A DNA stretch of 50,155 bases, from positions 2,956,571 through 3,006,725 of the forward strand of contig NC_068982.1 of NCBI RefSeq assembly GCF_001194135.2, read 5' to 3'. The notes under the pieces are model-generated. The model did not search any database and was not told the origin of the DNA. It worked only from the letters and a program-made list of their open reading frames with translations. This stretch comes from Octopus bimaculoides (lineage: Eukaryota). Positions 48,864-50,155 of this stretch are shown in pieces. Both the position numbers and the translations under genes were made by a program. Position 1 is the stretch's first letter, and the number at the start of each line of letters is the position of its first letter.

Positions 48864-49891
48864 TGATTTTCTTACGTGTTGGTTTCCGAGATGTCTTATT
48901 GTACACGCAATGTTATTCTGTCCTGTCGTCGCGCATATTCCTCAGCCTTCTCCTGCAGCTCTATGCTCTGGCACTCCCGTTGATATCGGTGTTGGTTTTA
49001 AATAGCGTGAAACTATTAAGACATCTCGGAAACGAACAGCTGAGAAAATCACCTACGGATGTTCCTTCTATCGTGTTTTTTTTCTCCCCTTTCTGTCCGT
49101 TATGTTTTCGTCCAGTCTTCCTCTACTTTTCTCTTCTCTGTCTACCTTTTGAAATATTTATTGCAGTGCACCGCAATCCTGTTTGTTAACTGTAAAAAAT
49201 ATTCCCTGAATATTTCTAGTGCGACTCTAAGACCTTTCTTCCCCACCCCTTCCTTCGCTCTCTTTTTTCTTTTCTCTCTCCTCCTATTCTCTCTCCGTCC
49301 TTCTCTCTTATTTTCCTGCCTCTCACTTTCCCTCTCTCATTCCTTAGTCCCTCCACCAAACTTCCTCTCTCCTACCACGTGATAGGTGTCAGATCAAAGC
49401 GCGTGGTACTCTTTCGGATTGCCACTAACCAAACCAGGCACGTTTGTATTGTCCGTCAACGACATTTTGCATTTTTTGCGCTACTTTACTATGCCTGCCT
49501 TGTTAGCCGAGAAGGCTTTTTTCTATTTGTATTGTATTGTTTTAGTACACTATACGTACAATTTTTCCTTACTCTCATTGTACAGCCGTAAGACATTTTC
49601 TTTTGTAAAGGTACCATTACTGTTATATCTTTTCATTGTTTCTTATTAAATGCGTGATACTATTTTGTCCTGTCCTCCCAACATTCCTCAGCCTTTTCCT
49701 GCAGATCTATGTTCTGGCCCTCACGTGGATAACAGTGGTCTTGGATTAAATAACATGAAACCACTAAACGTCTCAGAAACCAACTGATGAGAAAATCAGC
49801 TGCGAATGTTCCATGTGTCGTGATTTTGTTTCGCTTTTCTGTCCGTTATGTTTTCGTCTCTTTTTTCCTTATCTGTCTAACATTTGAAATA
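48864..49891. repeat. 35-bp inverted repeat (48864-48898 / 49017-49051) plus ~240-bp diverged direct repeat (48913-49156 / 49661-49891)
   Basis: tgattttct..tgtt.gtttccgagatgtctta versus its reverse complement. Both direct copies share tcctcagcctt.tcctgcag.tctatg.tctggc and ttctgtccgttatgttttcgtc. Confidence 0.88.
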
Positions 49892-49898
49892 TAAAAAG

Positions 49899-49911
49899 AC
49901 GCGCGCGCGCG

Positions 49912-49955
<44 letters not shown>
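49899..49955. repeat. (CG)n/(CA)n microsatellite
   Basis: Direct inspection. Confidence 0.95.
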
Positions 49956-49962
<7 letters not shown>

Positions 49963-50155
49963 GTGCATATGATGATATCTCCACAATGTGTTGATGAGAA
50001 AAGCATGTAATCGCTACCAATATAGCAAGAGATTTCTCCCCAAAGGTCTAAAGTAGACTCCTTAAGGATCGATCTCCTTCGTTATATATCAAATTTAAAA
50101 TTTAAAAGAGAGTTCTGACGCTGATATCCATTATTATTTCAATAATAATGGATAT

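Noticed and set aside
3814-49189. Long ORFs in the supplied track (for example 14004-14714, 15421-16191, 42750-43580, 48068-49189)
   Set aside because: They run through N gaps and (AT)/(CA) repeats (X, YIYI, HTHT peptides). Only the GIY-YIG part of 14004-14714 is meaningful.
1-50155. CRISPR array, rRNA, or intact transposase/RT gene
   Set aside because: No repeat-spacer array, no rRNA similarity, and every TE ORF is truncated or disrupted.

Overview
AT-rich, microsatellite-dense animal genomic DNA from a draft assembly, with 15 N-gaps, most of them abutting (AT)n runs. The SINE families and repeat landscape suggest an octopus (coleoid cephalopod) genome; this is inferred from pattern recognition, not a database search. 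No complete protein-coding gene is visible, and almost every long ORF in the supplied track is an artefact of N-gaps or (AT)/(CA) repeats. The window is mostly decayed mobile DNA. It holds at least four Penelope-like (GIY-YIG) relics, one DD37D (maT) and two mariner transposase relics, RTE-type and L1/Tx1-type LINE fragments, three tRNA-derived SINE families, Helitron-like fragments and a tRNA-Asp pseudogene. The most unusual structures are: (i) a crossed X-Y-X'-Y' inverted-repeat unit at 19.7-20.3 kb; (ii) a perfect 88-bp-arm palindrome at 4.2-4.4 kb; (iii) several degenerate hammerhead-ribozyme-like cores near Penelope-like sequence; (iv) a SINE that carries an internal expandable microsatellite; and (v) three minus-strand candidate exons that may belong to one unannotated spliced transcript.
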